Shown here: positions 62,851 to 64,000 of the stretch, piece after piece
Position numbering within the stretch: position 1 is the stretch's first letter
How the letters are laid out: the number at the start of each line of letters is the position of its first letter
DNA from: Octopus sinensis
Taxonomy: Eukaryota
Assembly (NCBI RefSeq): GCF_006345805.1
Contig: NC_043007.1
Span: forward strand, 19,902,001-19,966,000
Reading direction: 5' to 3'
DNA: 64,000 bases
Notes under the pieces: model-generated
Told to the model about the DNA's origin: nothing
Database searches by the model: none
Seen by the model: the letters and a program-made list of their open reading frames with translations, nothing else
Made by a program: the position numbers and the translations under genes

Positions 62851-64000
62851 AAGGCTGGAGGGTATATCAGCCGAAACGTTGTGTTAACAACAAGCAAGAT
62901 GAGGACAAATATCTGTCAAATGTAAATAATGTAAATAATGTTTATTGCTGAATCAGATATAATCAAGCAGACCTTTGATAAATTGTCTTCCAGTCATTAC
63001 TACTCTGTATTTTATTGAGGCATAGTGTAACTTGGACTATTTTCTTCACCATGAGGAGTGGCTGTGTGGCAAAAGAGACCGATAGAATAAGTACTGGGCT
63101 TACAAAGAATAAGTCCCAGGGTCGATTTGCTCGACTAAAGGTGGTGCTCCAGCATGGCCGCAGTCAAATGACTGGAACAAGTAAAAGAGAGATAAAAGAG
63201 AGATCTCTTAAATATAGAGCTAAACAACAGCATCGTCTTAATAACTCTAAACCAACTGGAAATATTTCACCAATCATCATCATCATCGTTTAACATCTGT
63301 TTTCCGCGCTAGCACAGGTTGGACGGTTCGACCGGGGTCTGGGGAGCCAGGGGCTGCTCCAGGCTCCAGTCTGATCTGGCAGTGTTTCTACAGCTGGATG
63401 CCCTTCCTAACGCCAACCACTCCGCAAGTGCAGTGGGTGCTTTTTACGTGCCACCTGCACAGATGCCAGAGGGGTCTGGCATCGGCCACGATTGGTTGGT
63501 GCTTTTTATGTGCCACCGGCACAGAAGCCAGTCGAGGCGGTGCTGGCATCGGCCACATTCGGATGGTGCTATTTATGTGCCACCGGCACAGAAGCCATTC
63601 GAGGCAGGGCTTTCATCGGCTACAATCGGTTGGTGCTTTTTACGTGCCACTGGCACAGAAGCTAGTTGAGGCGGGGCTGGCATCGGCCACGTTCGGATGG
63701 TGCTTTTTATGTGCCACCAGCACAGGTATCACAACTACTGTTTCCATTGATATTTGGTTCGATGTTCATGTACATGCAATAAGTGTGGAATAATACTGTC
63801 TTGCCTCTGCTGGGATCAATAGCAGAAAGGTGTATAAGAAACAGACTGGACAATGGATAGAATTCAAGAAGAGCCAGACAAGGATGCTGTGCTGATATAA
63901 TTAAACATTGCATGTTAGAATATGCAGTATGGTACTTGGTTATATCTCTGGCTCCCATGCCGACAGCACGTAAAAGCACCATCCAAATGTGGTTGATGCC

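Overview
Eukaryotic, AT- and repeat-rich genomic DNA, most likely an octopus (inferred from the tRNA-derived SINE families and RTE/CR1 LINE tails; not provable from this window). Two convergent spliced genes can be assembled by hand. (1) A complete 6-coding-exon Arpin gene (Arp2/3 inhibitor) on +, 2981-43871, 234 aa, with a 25.3-kb first intron. (2) The last four coding exons of an RNase T2-family gene on -, 62057-53635, ending in an atypical GPI-signal-like hydrophobic tail. The rest is transposon-derived or simple repeat: three or more SINE families, RTE and CR1-group LINE remnants, a near-complete DD34D mariner, several MITE types (Tc2-like, piggyBac-like, Mutator-like, 8-bp-TSD), non-autonomous Helitrons, fold-back elements, and micro/minisatellites. 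Most notable: (a) the putative membrane-anchored RNase T2; (b) several families of minimal, Penelope-type hammerhead-ribozyme motifs, including variant catalytic cores and one fused to a tRNA-like SINE head; (c) a recent inverted duplication linking phase-0 introns of the two genes. Nearly all ORFs in the supplied track are artefacts of repeats. All structures were read by eye; no searches were run, and repeat boundaries are approximate.
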